Part shown: in pieces, positions 1-11,455 of the stretch | How positions within the stretch are numbered: the stretch's first letter is position 1 | Layout: every line of letters starts with the position of its first letter | Assembly (NCBI RefSeq): GCF_964355755.1 | Contig: NC_092678.1 | Coordinates: 13,576,352-13,640,351 of the forward strand | Direction of reading: 5' to 3' | DNA length: 64,000 nt | DNA from: Antedon mediterranea | Lineage: Eukaryota > Animalia > Echinodermata | Translations under genes and position numbers: made by a program | The notes under the pieces: model-generated | What the model saw: only the letters and a program-made list of their open reading frames with translations | Told to the model about the DNA's origin: nothing | Databases searched by the model: none

Positions 1-999
1 TTAAAATTTACTGTAAAGATGAAATTAATGACCAACGTAATTTAAATTTTTAGGCATGATGACGTTAAAAAAATTAAAAATTTTTTAATTCATGCAAAAG
101 ATAGTTGATTGACCTAGAATATATTAAAATCGGGGTGAAAATGGACAACGAATAAGTGGAGATGCGCTCTATTAAATGTGATGAGCTATGACGAAAGAGA
201 CAAAAATCTGGTTATCCATATTAATGCATGATCCGATATCTACATCTCATCAACTTCCAGAATATGTAATTAAAAAAAAGTTCTCCATGTAGTTTAGAAT
301 CTATGACTGTTTAAAAATAGGCATAATTTTGACGAATTTTTGAACTTTTTCACCAAAAACGCGTGCAAATTATCTAATTCGACGTGCTCGTATGACGTAA
401 TTTTAAGTCGAAATTGTTTAAAAGCTGGTAACATTACTAGAAAAGGCTGAAAAAACATAAATCACGCGGAAAAAATATGTTTTTAACGCTACGTGTTCAC
501 CGCGTGCGTCAAAATTTTCGCGCGCGTGGGAATTTTTGACATGCTCAAAATGACATGAAACGCATAGAAAGTTAATTAGAAGTTGATTTTTCGCATAGTA
601 AAATTTTAAACGCGCGTGCGCGCGTAACTTTTCGAGTAACATGCTATTTTTAATCCATAGAAAGTTTGCGCTTGATATGACTTAAATTTTCACAAAGCGT
701 CAAAACAAAATTATGTTTGGTTTTTAGTCTATGATCAATCATTGAAATTCATAAAATCGCGCGTAAGTCACGTTGCGCAACTCTGACGTCATTCAAAAAT
801 AGGAGGTGCACAAGTTCACGTAAATGTCGATATGTTGACAAAGTTACGATATGTTCTGTTTACACGTTTTAGAGAAACGCGACGCACAAAAATGACAGAA
901 AGAAAGAAGTATAATACAGAAAAAAAAAAATTTGATGAAACAGGACGATTACAAGGAGTTATCCGCTACTAAGCGGATAACTAACAAGCGGATAACTAA
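1..999 (-). mobile_element. Non-autonomous Helentron/Helitron2, family A (5' part; runs off window)
   Basis: Terminal hairpin ttatccgctactaagcggataactaa at ~959-984 plus partial second copy to 999; body homologous to the copies at 50118-51732 and 54772-56317, which end in a subterminal IR + hairpin + CTAG. Confidence 0.8.
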
Positions 1000-1070
1000 T
1001 AAAGAAAAAAAAAAAAAAAAAAAAGATCCTGACAATAACAAGGGGTTATCCGCCAAATGCGGATAACCAA
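1000..1070 (-). mobile_element. 5' terminus of Helentron family B (family A nested in its T-tract)
   Basis: gatcctgacaataacaaggggttatccgccaaatgcggataaccaa matches the family B end at 23400-23445 and the reverse complement of 17050-17095. Confidence 0.75.
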
Positions 1071-1156
1071 TTATTTCATTTTTATCGAATTTGATTTTTA
1101 CAAAGTAAAATTTACACGACTATTAAAGTATATTGTGCAATATTTGTTCATTTCAG

Positions 1157-2744
1157 GATGTCCACAGCAGTGTTCAGGTCGTGGAGTATGCATCGATAGT
1201 GTATGTCAATGTCTACCAGGATGGTCTGGAAATAGTTGTAACAATGGTAAACCTCTCTGCACTTGGATTTTATCAATTTAATTATTTTTAAAACCGAATT
1301 CATTAATCCATGTTAACATTTATACAATAATATTGAATTTAATTTATTTAGGAACCTGCACCTCGAATTGTGTGAATGGTGATTGTATATCTGGGTTTTG
1401 TTGATGTAACGTTGGCTGGGAAGGCGATACATGTGAAGACAAAGGTACATATTATTATATATTATTTTAGGGACACAATATTAACTTATTTTATTTTAAA
1501 GGTATTGCATTTGTTGTTTACATTATAACCAAATATAACAGATTTTAAATTGTATATTAATGTACTAATTGAAGGATAAAAAGTGAGTAATATTTTATTT
1601 AGTTCAATGAACTTTATGTTAGGCTCATGTTTTAAGTAGTAATTAGTAAACGTATCTTTTTAGCCACCTGCTATGGTGTTAATAACTACAGACGAGCAAC
1701 ATGGTGAATGCCTTGCAACGGATGTATGTTTATGTAAGAAAGGGTTTACAGGTAAAGATGGTATTCTGTAATTTCTAGTTTATTATGTTACATAGATTCC
1801 TATTAGTTAGTATTGAACTCTGTTTACGCTAGTAACAACCGCTTCTACTTCTGCGCATGTGCAATTGAATTCCCGATATGACTTAGTCACCAATTCTGAC
1901 TGAAATGTTCAGGACCCTTCAATCCTAGACAACCTTTTTTACACTTAATAGAAATAATCTAAGATAATGGATGTATGGCTATAACTATCACTTAACTTGA
2001 ATATATAAATAATTTAAATAATACTAATAACTGTATATCAGGTGATGATTGTAGTATCGTTCCAACGTGTCGTGAAGTTTCCGATTGCATCTGTGTAAAC
2101 TTTGATGTATGTGAATGTCAGGAACAATGGAAATCTTCAGCTTGTGACGTGTTATCTTGTCACAACCTTGACGGATGCTCAGGTAAAATCTGAAGTGAAT
2201 ATTTGAATTAACAATTTTGTCTAGAACAGTTGATGTGAAAGAATATTTGTTGTGGACTTCATTATTTTGGATATCTTTATTTTATGAATCAAAAGCATAT
2301 AATATCAGTCATAATAAATAACGTGAACATTTCAGATAGACAGATGATTTTCATGCTTTATACGAAATTAACAACATTTTAAAAGTAAACAACAAAAAAA
2401 TCATAGAACATAAAAAGTAGAAAAGAATATAACCAATATTTGTCCATGTAATTATTGTTCTAATTTCCTTTATTTTTTACAGGTAATGGCATATGCGTCA
2501 GTATCGACGTTTGTATGTGTAATAGTGGATGGACTGGCGATTCTTGTGCTTTGCCCGATCGTTCTGAAATGAACTACTGTAGTGATCAGGGAGAATGTAC
2601 AGGACCGAACCAATGTAGTTGTTATGTGGGGTACCAAGGAGATAACTGCACTGAATCAATTGACTGCATTGAATTGAATAATTGCAATTGGAATGGAGTT
2701 TGTATTGAAGACGCCTATTTGGATAATGGAACATTTTCTTGCGA
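1157..2744 (+). pseudogene. EGF-repeat exons of a VWD/EGF (VWDE/tenascin-like) gene, left copy; exons 1157-1246, 1352-1444, 1664-1751, 2042-2182, 2483-2744
   Basis: AG/GT-bounded exons encoding CPQQCSGRGVCIDSVCQCLPGWSGNSC etc. Premature TGA at ~1402 (CGA in right copy), frameshift in exon 3 (aactacagac), 12-bp deletion in exon 4; last donor at 2745 has no visible downstream exon. Confidence 0.88.
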
Positions 2745-2870
2745 GTAAGTTCAGCAACGGTAGTTTGTAGAAACTAAGGGTGCATGATGGGTGGTGGAAG
2801 TGGTTGGGTTTCTCAATGCTGTTATAATTTATAATTTAAAAATCAATTATCTTTATTTAAATCAATGCAT

Positions 2871-2910
2871 ATAACCTATAATTCGTCATAGTGACGAATT
2901 AAATCTAGTT
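2871..2910 (+). mobile_element. Isolated Helentron 3' terminus
   Basis: ataaccta + hairpin ttcgtcatagtgacgaa + ttaaatctag|tt, same layout as the family B 3' end at 18180-18220; truncated mirror at ~44543-44568. Confidence 0.65.
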
Positions 2911-2925
2911 ATTTATCATATTATC

Positions 2926-2957
<32 letters not shown>

Positions 2958-3281
2958 TGCAATACCTACCTGTACAATAGGCCATTTTAGTCCCTGGAGA
3001 TCCATACAGAAAATGTACATAATACAAGCCATCAGGTGAATCGCAAGCTTTGATACAATGTGATTGTGTATATTTACAAGGTTCATCTCCCATATCAGCA
3101 CAGACAGTAACTACTTTAATGCCATCAGCAATATCTGGATAAACACCTTTTTAAATGATAATAAAACATAATTAATTAACTAATTTGGATAAAGATGAGT
3201 CATATCTATCATATATAGAACAAAGTTGGCACTATGTGAGTCGCATCTAGAAACAAACATTCAAATTCATTTTCATATTAA

Positions 3282-3714
3282 AGATGTATTGTCCCTTTGA
3301 CTAATTCCAAAAAAATAAAAAATAACAGATTTCGAAAAAAGGTGGGTCATTTTGAAGTATCATATAGTTATTAACTATCACCAAAAATTTGTCAAAAAAA
3401 AAATCATTTAACTGAAATACAGACGTTTTTTTAAAAAAAAAATAACTCTTGACTTCCAGTCAAAGTTTTCGATCAAAACATACCCCATAATGGAACGCGC
3501 TTGTTTGGCTACTCTGTATGCATAATCATAAAACTTCCTCACGATCTGTGTGAAAACACCTTCTCAACCATGACGAGTTGTAAACAATCCTAATTAGCAT
3601 ATGCATTATGCGTACTCGTGGTTTGAAATCTTTGTTTACTTTCGCTCGCGACGATTTTCCAGACGAAATGTAATCAAACTAATTTACCTGTTAATTACGT
3701 AAATTTGTTGCTTG
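3282..3714. mobile_element. Truncated Kolobok-like DNA transposon end
   Basis: Starts TTAA|AGATGTATTGTCCC at a TTAA that is uninterrupted in the right arm (44183-44186); other end missing together with ~350 bp of adjacent sequence. Confidence 0.5.
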
Positions 3715-4027
3715 CACTTATAAATATTTGTAAAAAATATATATAGCGGGTCAAGAAAATAATAAGTAGTATCAATAAAACATTATATTACTTCTGAGAC
3801 TTTTGAAAGTAATTATTGAATTTAAAATATTATTAATTAAAATGATTCTAATGATTGTCGCTATGTAAACAAACAAAATAGAGGGCGACATTTACAATTT
3901 TATTTTATAAACCCCGGTGTTGCTGGTTGGTGTGAAAGGGGTATCTCCGGATTTCTCGACGTTTTGAATGGTCATAAACTCCGGAGTGTCTCCGGAGACA
4001 CTCCGGAGTTTTGGTGTGAAAGGGGTA
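3715..4027. mobile_element. Truncated copy of PIF/Harbinger-like MITE
   Basis: Reverse complement of 43513-43828; retains one TIR (tttggtgtgaaaggggta). Confidence 0.8.
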
Positions 4028-7000
4028 TTAGTAGGTCACTATTAATGTAAATCAATCTATATGTGACATAATTTCCTGACAGAAACTTCTTAAAAACACA
4101 CTAATGCTATGTTACACAAACAAATACAAATTTGTTCTCTATGTTCTCGCATATACAGTAGTTACTTTTTTTGGGTCTATTTTAACAGTATTATTATTAA
4201 TACTATTTATTGGTATTTATTCATAAAACAAAAAGATTGAAACATGGCAGCAAAAATGCTGAATTGCGTTTCAATGTACAACATATGTATAAAATTGGTT
4301 AAAATTACTGTAAAAAAATGTAAACAATTACTTTAAAAGGTCATAAAAAACAATTTGAACATCAAAAAACATATATGAAGAAACAGCAAAATTACCAATT
4401 ATTAATTTATTTTTTAATATTATGTGATTTTAAGGTGTTGAGTCTACCTGGATACCAACCCAGATGATTGGAAGACTAGCAAATGGAATGAATTTGTTAC
4501 AAAAGGAAACAGGTTACACTCTGATGAAATACTGGTATGCATTCAGATAGAAATTAATGGACCTGTCTATTCATTCATTTCCTTAAATTCGGATAGTACA
4601 TGATGTACAAAACATACAAAACAAAAAAGAGAAAAAAAACTTCGATAAAACAACCTAAAATATCAATTTGCACCAACGCTGATGCAGGTTGGATTGTCTA
4701 TCATTAGAGTCCACCTGAAGATGCTGCGGAAGTGAGTGAGTAAATGAGTGGTATGTATTAATTTGATTTACCATCAATCCATAATGGGTATTTGGTTCCA
4801 CAGTGGTACTTTCCTGGCCTGGAGGTTGGCATTGTGACATTGATCCTGTCGCCTTCTGTCATTAGTCGATACCATCCAACTGCAAGGCTGACATCATCGA
4901 TGTAGTTACCTCCAGATACTACATTATGGACACTCCTCTCCCAGTTGGTCAACTGGAGATTCGTATTACATGGATCGTTAATGGTAAGCTTGCATGCTAT
5001 AAACCAAATAAGATTTAAATAGATAGTTTTCTTTTAATTAAAACATAAATGCTTTTAGTTGAGGACTCAATTTACTTTAGATTTAAGATTGAGAAAAATA
5101 TTTTAAAACAATAATTATATATATAGATGAAAAAAGTGTTTAAAAAGAATGAATGCATCTGGATAAACCCCAGCCTACCTCAGTCTATGTGGCACTGAAC
5201 AATAGGATATTATATGTACAGTTTCAATTCAATTAAAGAAACATTTATTTACGTCCAAAAGAAAAAAAGTAACAAAAAACAATAGTGACAAGAGATAATT
5301 TATAGAATGAATGAAGGCAGGATCCCGAAAAGATGAGAATCTTGTGGCGGGATTGCCTCTTTACAAATTAATTAATTAAAAATAGATATTATGAAAAAAA
5401 TAAACAATAAATAAATTAATAAATTAATTAAAAATAATGAATTAAAAATAAATAAAATACCAGTAGATAAAAGTTGAAAAAATAAAGTAAAAATTATGAG
5501 CAGAAAAAAATTACAGCTGCAGGGCATATGTACAATGCCAAAAGCACAGCGCCAGAGTAATGGGAAGGGTTTAGAATGCCTGCTGACTGAATATGACATG
5601 GATTTGTAGTTATTAAACTATACAAATGTCAGTAACACAAGAATTCTGACAATAAAGTTTATAATTTTGTTGGTTTTCTTAGTTTAAATAGATGATATAT
5701 CAAAGAAAATAAATACTTTTTATTCTTTAAAACTTGACAATGTTAAAAAATGAAATGAAGGAGTATACACCAGTTACTGAATGTACTCATTAAATTCAAT
5801 GTGTACAGTATACTGTACAAGGTCCAGTCAAATTATGTAAAAACTTGTTGAAAAAATATTGTAAATTAAATTGTGGTTCTTTTATCTGACTGTTATTACA
5901 ATGTTTATAATTTCTATTGTTAACAACACTACCACGAATTCTCTACTAAAATACAGGATAAACAAAGTTTGACATGGTCAACAACAACCATAAAAATTAA
6001 ATTTCCCTGATAGACAGTTTAAAAATTAATAATTGGTTTGGATGAATGAGTGATTCTGTTATTTTTATAAGGTTTACCAATAGATTGACATATATGATAG
6101 AAATAATCTAGGTCAGGCCTTGAAAGTACTGAATAAACAGAACTACACAGGGAAAAATTTCATTTGGTAATTTTGTTTAGCAAAATTGCTAATCAAACTG
6201 ATTTTTGAGTCAAGAAACATAGTTTTGTATTGTATTTTTTGCTACAAAATTTTAGAAATGTGTTGCAATATTGTTGTTTTGTATAGCTTTTTGCTATGCT
6301 ACACTGGCGAAATTATTCCCTGCTACAATACTGTATACTGTAGAAGATGCGCAAGTTATGGTTACACTCTTTTTCTATCCTACTGTAGTTAAATTTTGGT
6401 TTTATCAGTTTTACATTGCGGTTTACTGTCTCTATGATTTGTTGCATTTAAAATGCCAAAAAACGTATTCTGGTTGAAACAATGATAAAGTCTGATACTC
6501 TTTAAAGGAAAATGCCTGTTGAATGTTATATTCTGAAATAAATTATTCTATTCTATCTAAGTTACAGAATATTACAAACAGTAACTCTACTATGACAGAG
6601 GTACTATATCAGAGTCGGTCAGAGAATCAGCGTACAGTACAATGATTTTAACTCTAGTGTATGCAAACACACTGTACCATTTCAATACCTCAAGACCTAC
6701 ACTCACAAACAGAGATCCATGTACATAGCTAGGCTGGAATGCTTTGCAAATATTGCCAGGTCAGATGGGCTTTAAATGTCCATGAACCTTCCTTTAACCT
6801 ATTACTTAAAGCAAACATTCTAGGCCTACAAGCTAGTGATTCGGGCCAAGGTTTTCTTTGTTTTACTGTGTGTACCCTTCTCCCCATAGCTTTTTGTGTT
6901 CGTAAATTTGTTCCATTATGGGATTTGTCAGCGTGAAATGTTTACGAGGCAAAATGCGTATAAAATGATCATCCATCACAAAGAAAAGTTTTTTAGTTAA

Positions 7001-8122
7001 AAAAAATGTAAAACAACCAGCAAAAAATGAGGTACTATAACTAATGATGTACTGTGTATCTTGAAATTAAGTATATCTGTAAAATTAAATTAGACTACAG
7101 TACAGGTTTTTGTGTACAGTATGGGGTGATAATTTCTTAGAAAAACACATCATTATTAGAATCTACAGTAGGTAGGTTCTGTGTCTTGAAAGACCATGTG
7201 ATACTGTACCTTCAATCATTACAAAATGTATTATGTAAGACAAAAATATTTTGATTGTTGATAATTGTTCTCTTAATAAAAATAGTAATGAATTGAAGAA
7301 TTAAATAACTTTATGCTTGCATTTAACTGTAAGTACAGAGCCTTAATCAGACGTCAACCTGCGTTAACTGAGATAAATCTCAGTTTAAAATACAACTACA
7401 TAAAGTCTTGTATCATTTAGCTTTTATTGCTGGCTGTGGGTTGGTAATACGAAGCCAGAGTTAATGAAGATATTGTTTTTATTAGACATTAACCCAGTTC
7501 AAAAAGCAATCAAACAAATTTGTGTTAGGAAAATGATATTTAGCCGATTAAGAGGTAAGTCAAAGAGAAACCTGTACAGTTAAAACAACTGTATTTTAGA
7601 TATTCCATATTTTCCAATTAGAATGTGGGGTTTTCATTAAATAAAGTATATCAGTAGCATTCCACCAACAGTTTTCAGAAGTTTGAATTAATAATTACTT
7701 TAATAAAATACATTATCAACATTGATTGTGAAATTCAGATACAGTACTGTACATTGGTAACATTAATGTTACTATTTTGTTCAAATTGTTTTCGTCTTTC
7801 ATTAAAAATTAAATTTATAAACAGAATATAAAATACCTTAAAATTAAAGGATGAAAAGGACCATCAACAAAAAGCTACGGCTTTTTTGTGGTTGATGACC
7901 TAATAAAACTTAAAAAAGGTGTATTTCTCAGTGGATTGAGGAATTCTGGAATCTTTTTCATGATACATCAATGTTAATAAAGGCTTAAGGAATGTAAGGT
8001 CGTCATAAAAAATGTGTAGTCATGGCGATAAAATAATGCGCTAAAATTATTTAAGATACCATAATGTAATTTTTTCTAAAGTGTGTATGATTTATTTTTC
8101 CAGTAAATTTTTTTACAAATTC

Positions 8123-8478
8123 TATGTTTTTTGGGAATTTAAGAGTCATACAGTACAAAAAAAGTTTCACCAAGTTTTAAATTCTTTCACCAAATCTGAA
8201 AATTCTTTCACCAAATCTGAAAATTCTTTTACCCAGTGTAAATTAAAGATTATAAGACCAATCTACATGAATTTAAAAGGAAAATTTAAAATTATTCAGA
8301 AAAAACACAATAACCATTCTGCTCTGGACAAATGGAAATGGCATTGTATGTTGCAAGACAAGGTACTGTATAACAGATGATGAAGATAGAAAATGGAGAA
8401 ATAAAATAATGGTTTTACTGTACAGTACTGTACCAATTGGTTTTTTCTATAAAACTATGAATTTTAACTTTTACTTCT
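8123..8478 (+). repeat. Segment directly repeated at 39243-39603
   Basis: tatgttttttgggaatttaagagtcatacagtac... same orientation in both places; differs by one 21-bp unit and a ~30-bp indel. Confidence 0.9.
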
Positions 8479-9416
8479 TATGACATCTTCTAATTGATCA
8501 ATGGCTGTTGGATGTAATCGAAATAAATTAAATAAAAATTTGTAATTTTACTAAATAATACACTGTAATTATCAAACAAATATTAATTGATGTATTAGTA
8601 TTACTAGTAAATTAACGTACTGTATTATACCTGAAAGCAGTTTGGGACAGTATCACCCCAGCGAACTAATTACACAGTATTAAATCTGCAGAATGATACC
8701 TTGCAATCATGTACACCACCTACAGTATCCCACTTTCTGTCATGTCGATATAATGTGATTAGTACAGTACAGTACTCAAAGCCAGAGATCTTTACCTTCA
8801 AGCATTTAGCTGACAACCATCAAAATATCAAGTTTATATCAACCATTGAAGGAAATTTAATCATAATAGTATTTCTACGCGTTTATGTTGGATAAAACTG
8901 ACATGCTTTTCATGGTTCTGTTTGGTAATACTTAGAGCAAAAAAAATCACTCTGGGCTAGTAAAAAAAAAATGAGGGCGTGTTTGGTACAGTCGTCCATT
9001 ATTATAGAGGGATGTTAAGGGACTTTTATCTTTCCATTTCAATATCATGCTCCGTTGGCACCCAGTGGACTACAAACACTGCATTGATTTGTATAATTTA
9101 AGCATATACAGTAGATTTTTGTTACAGATTTACAGTTTCAAAACTGAAACTTCATAAAACTTTGTCCTTTTGATTGATTGAAATTGTTATACAGTAATTC
9201 ATATCAAACAATACAGTAGTTTTAGTTTAGTAATAAAGATAAAGATTCATATTTTTTATTTTACTTTAAATAACTATCATTTCTGATTTCAAATGAAAGA
9301 TGCGCAATACTTTTTTCCTCACTCCAAAGTAAGATTGTGCACTAGCTACACCTGTAGACTGGAGTTCAGTAGTTGGTACAATTACACATTGTAAATACTG
9401 TATTACTATAGTATAA

Positions 9417-9543
9417 AGCTCTTACTACACTATCAAACTAGTTTGAAAAAAAAAGTTTGATGTGCCCATATATGGTAGTGATATGATATCATCATGTCCA
9501 TATACAGTATGTCACATAAAGTTTGATAGTGTAGACAAAGCTT
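9417..9543. mobile_element. ~130-150 bp Tourist/Harbinger-like MITE family (other copies ~13929-14010, 15885-16043, 16311-16425, 19364-19512, 20173-20305; mirrors at ~24070-24186, 24452-24610, 26460-26542, 37857-37986)
   Basis: TIR agctctgtctacactatcaaact ... agtttgatagtgtagacagagct with internal tgtgatgtgccca palindromic core, flanked by TAA/TTA-like sequence. Confidence 0.8.
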
Positions 9544-11416
9544 ACGATAACAATTTTCAATGATTTTTATTTTTATAATATTAATATAGAATAAATATGC
9601 TGTAAATTTGCAAGTTAAGTGCTCTTCAAAACAACAGAGTTTACTCTATTACAGTTCCTAAATACAGTTAACTTTATCTCTTAAATATTTTGTTAAATAA
9701 TTAAAACTCAAGTTTAAAATCTGAAAGTTATTGTGTGGTTAAAGTCGGTAATAATGATGTTTATGAAATTTGTCTTTTGAAGCCCACAACTTGACTCTGT
9801 AAGACTATCGAAATATTTTTATTAATTCCCTTAAAAGCTTTAAATACCATATCTGCTTACTTAAGCAGTAATCGCTGGAAAATATTATTTTAAAGACACT
9901 AGTATAAACAATTTAATTATTGCATTCCAGATCAGAATTACATTTTTAAGATGCTATTTTTCACGGCGCATTATGCAGGTTCTACTTTTGTAATTGATTT
10001 TGTTTATAAAAACTGGGAAACTCCTGTTTTTATTTGTAGAATCCCAGTGGAGAAGACTATGTTTAAATAATTAAGAATAATTAAGAAAACTTTTGAATCG
10101 GATAAAATAATGTTTTATCACATGCAACATTGGGGTGAACTATTGCCGTGGTGACTATTGCCCATAGAGACTATTGCCCATGTGATTCCTTTCTTATCCA
10201 TTTTAAAAGCTTGAGCATGTAATTGTTATATAATTGTTAGGGAATAAACCATAGTTTACAGGATTAGGAGCGGATTATCTTTAGATTAGGAAAAGAAAGG
10301 AAATCCGTAGATTTAAAGTATTATTTGGTATGATTACTTTCTTTCCGTTGATGATGATAATACAGTACATCCAAAAGGATTACTATGTGTTGGTTAAATG
10401 TTTATATTTCTGTACGATATGAGTTACAGGTATTTCTCTATTGGTTTGAATTTTTCAACAAATTTTGTTTTAAACTTTATCAATATTTAATACACATTAG
10501 TACATTTTAACAATTAAATTAAGCATAAACAGCGTTTTTGTTTTGAGACTTTAAAAATAAAAGAGTCCAGTTTGTTTCTGTACTACAGTAGACTTAACAA
10601 ATAGCAGGCGATATCAAGACCATTGGCCATTTAGAAGTCTGCTTAACAAAAACTCTGACAACAATTTACATAACACTTTTACTATTTTAGTATTATCTTA
10701 AAATTATTTAAATTTAATGAAAAACCTAAAATATCAATATCAATAATTCAAGTGTGTATCAACTCAGATTAACTGTTGGATAAATTAGGATTAATGTTAA
10801 ACATTTTGTATTAAAGAGGATGAAAAGGACCTAATTTATTATTTATAGGATTAGCTGTATTAGTAAGATTTTTAATGGCAATTTCAAGAAAAACTGCAAT
10901 AATTTGATTTAAATTTAAAATATATCTTTTTAATTTTATTTTGCCAAGAAAAACATGACACTTCAAAAATGTTTATTTTAACATAATTTTGATTAATTTT
11001 CAAATTTAGAATTGTTGTTTTTATAATTTGAAAATAGTTTGTTCTCGAAATAGAAAAATTGTAATCCCCAGAGGGGTTTTAAAATTGAGAGTCTGATTAG
11101 AGAATGATTATACAGTAATGCAATAGTGTTACTCACAATATATTAATATAAATATACCTCAGTAAGAAGTAGCCAACAATATAGTAAAGTATGTGCAGAC
11201 TGTAGCATTACAAGTGTGGGTGTAAAATGAGATAGGTGGATGTAACGACCAAAAAATAGAACCCCTCCCCTGTTAAAAATCCTGGCTACAGTTATTAAAA
11301 AGATTAAATTGTGAACTTGGTTACAGTCTTTTTGACTGATTGGGCCACCCTGGTTAAATACTGTTAATAAATAAATAAATATATTACTTTATAGTAGAAT
11401 AGCCTAGCCAGTATTA

Positions 11417-11455
11417 CCATGGAGGTATAAAATAATATATTTTATACCTCCATGG
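11417..11455. repeat. 39-bp near-perfect palindrome / micro-MITE (mirror at ~35578-35615)
   Basis: ccatggaggtataaaata-atatattttatacctccatgg flanked on both sides by tatta. Confidence 0.55.

Larger units (their letters stand above)
2970..4996 (-). pseudogene. Two-exon UMOD/GP2/OIT3-like D8C domain gene fragment (exons 4996-4772 and 3146-2970)
   Basis: Phase-1 exons splice in frame to ...DPCNTNLQLTNWERSV...GWYRL...MPTSRPGKYHCGTKYPLWIDG/VYPDIADGIKVVTVCAD...CKYTQSHCIKAC...YYVHFL...MAYCT, the D8C pattern; no flanking exons recognised. Confidence 0.75.
1107..5529. repeat. Outer left arm of large inverted duplication (pairs with 42754-45930 + 54343-54767)
   Basis: Reverse-complement identity throughout, including EGF exons and introns; ORF pair 2515-2748(+)/44692-44925(-) differs at 2 residues. 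Confidence 0.95.
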
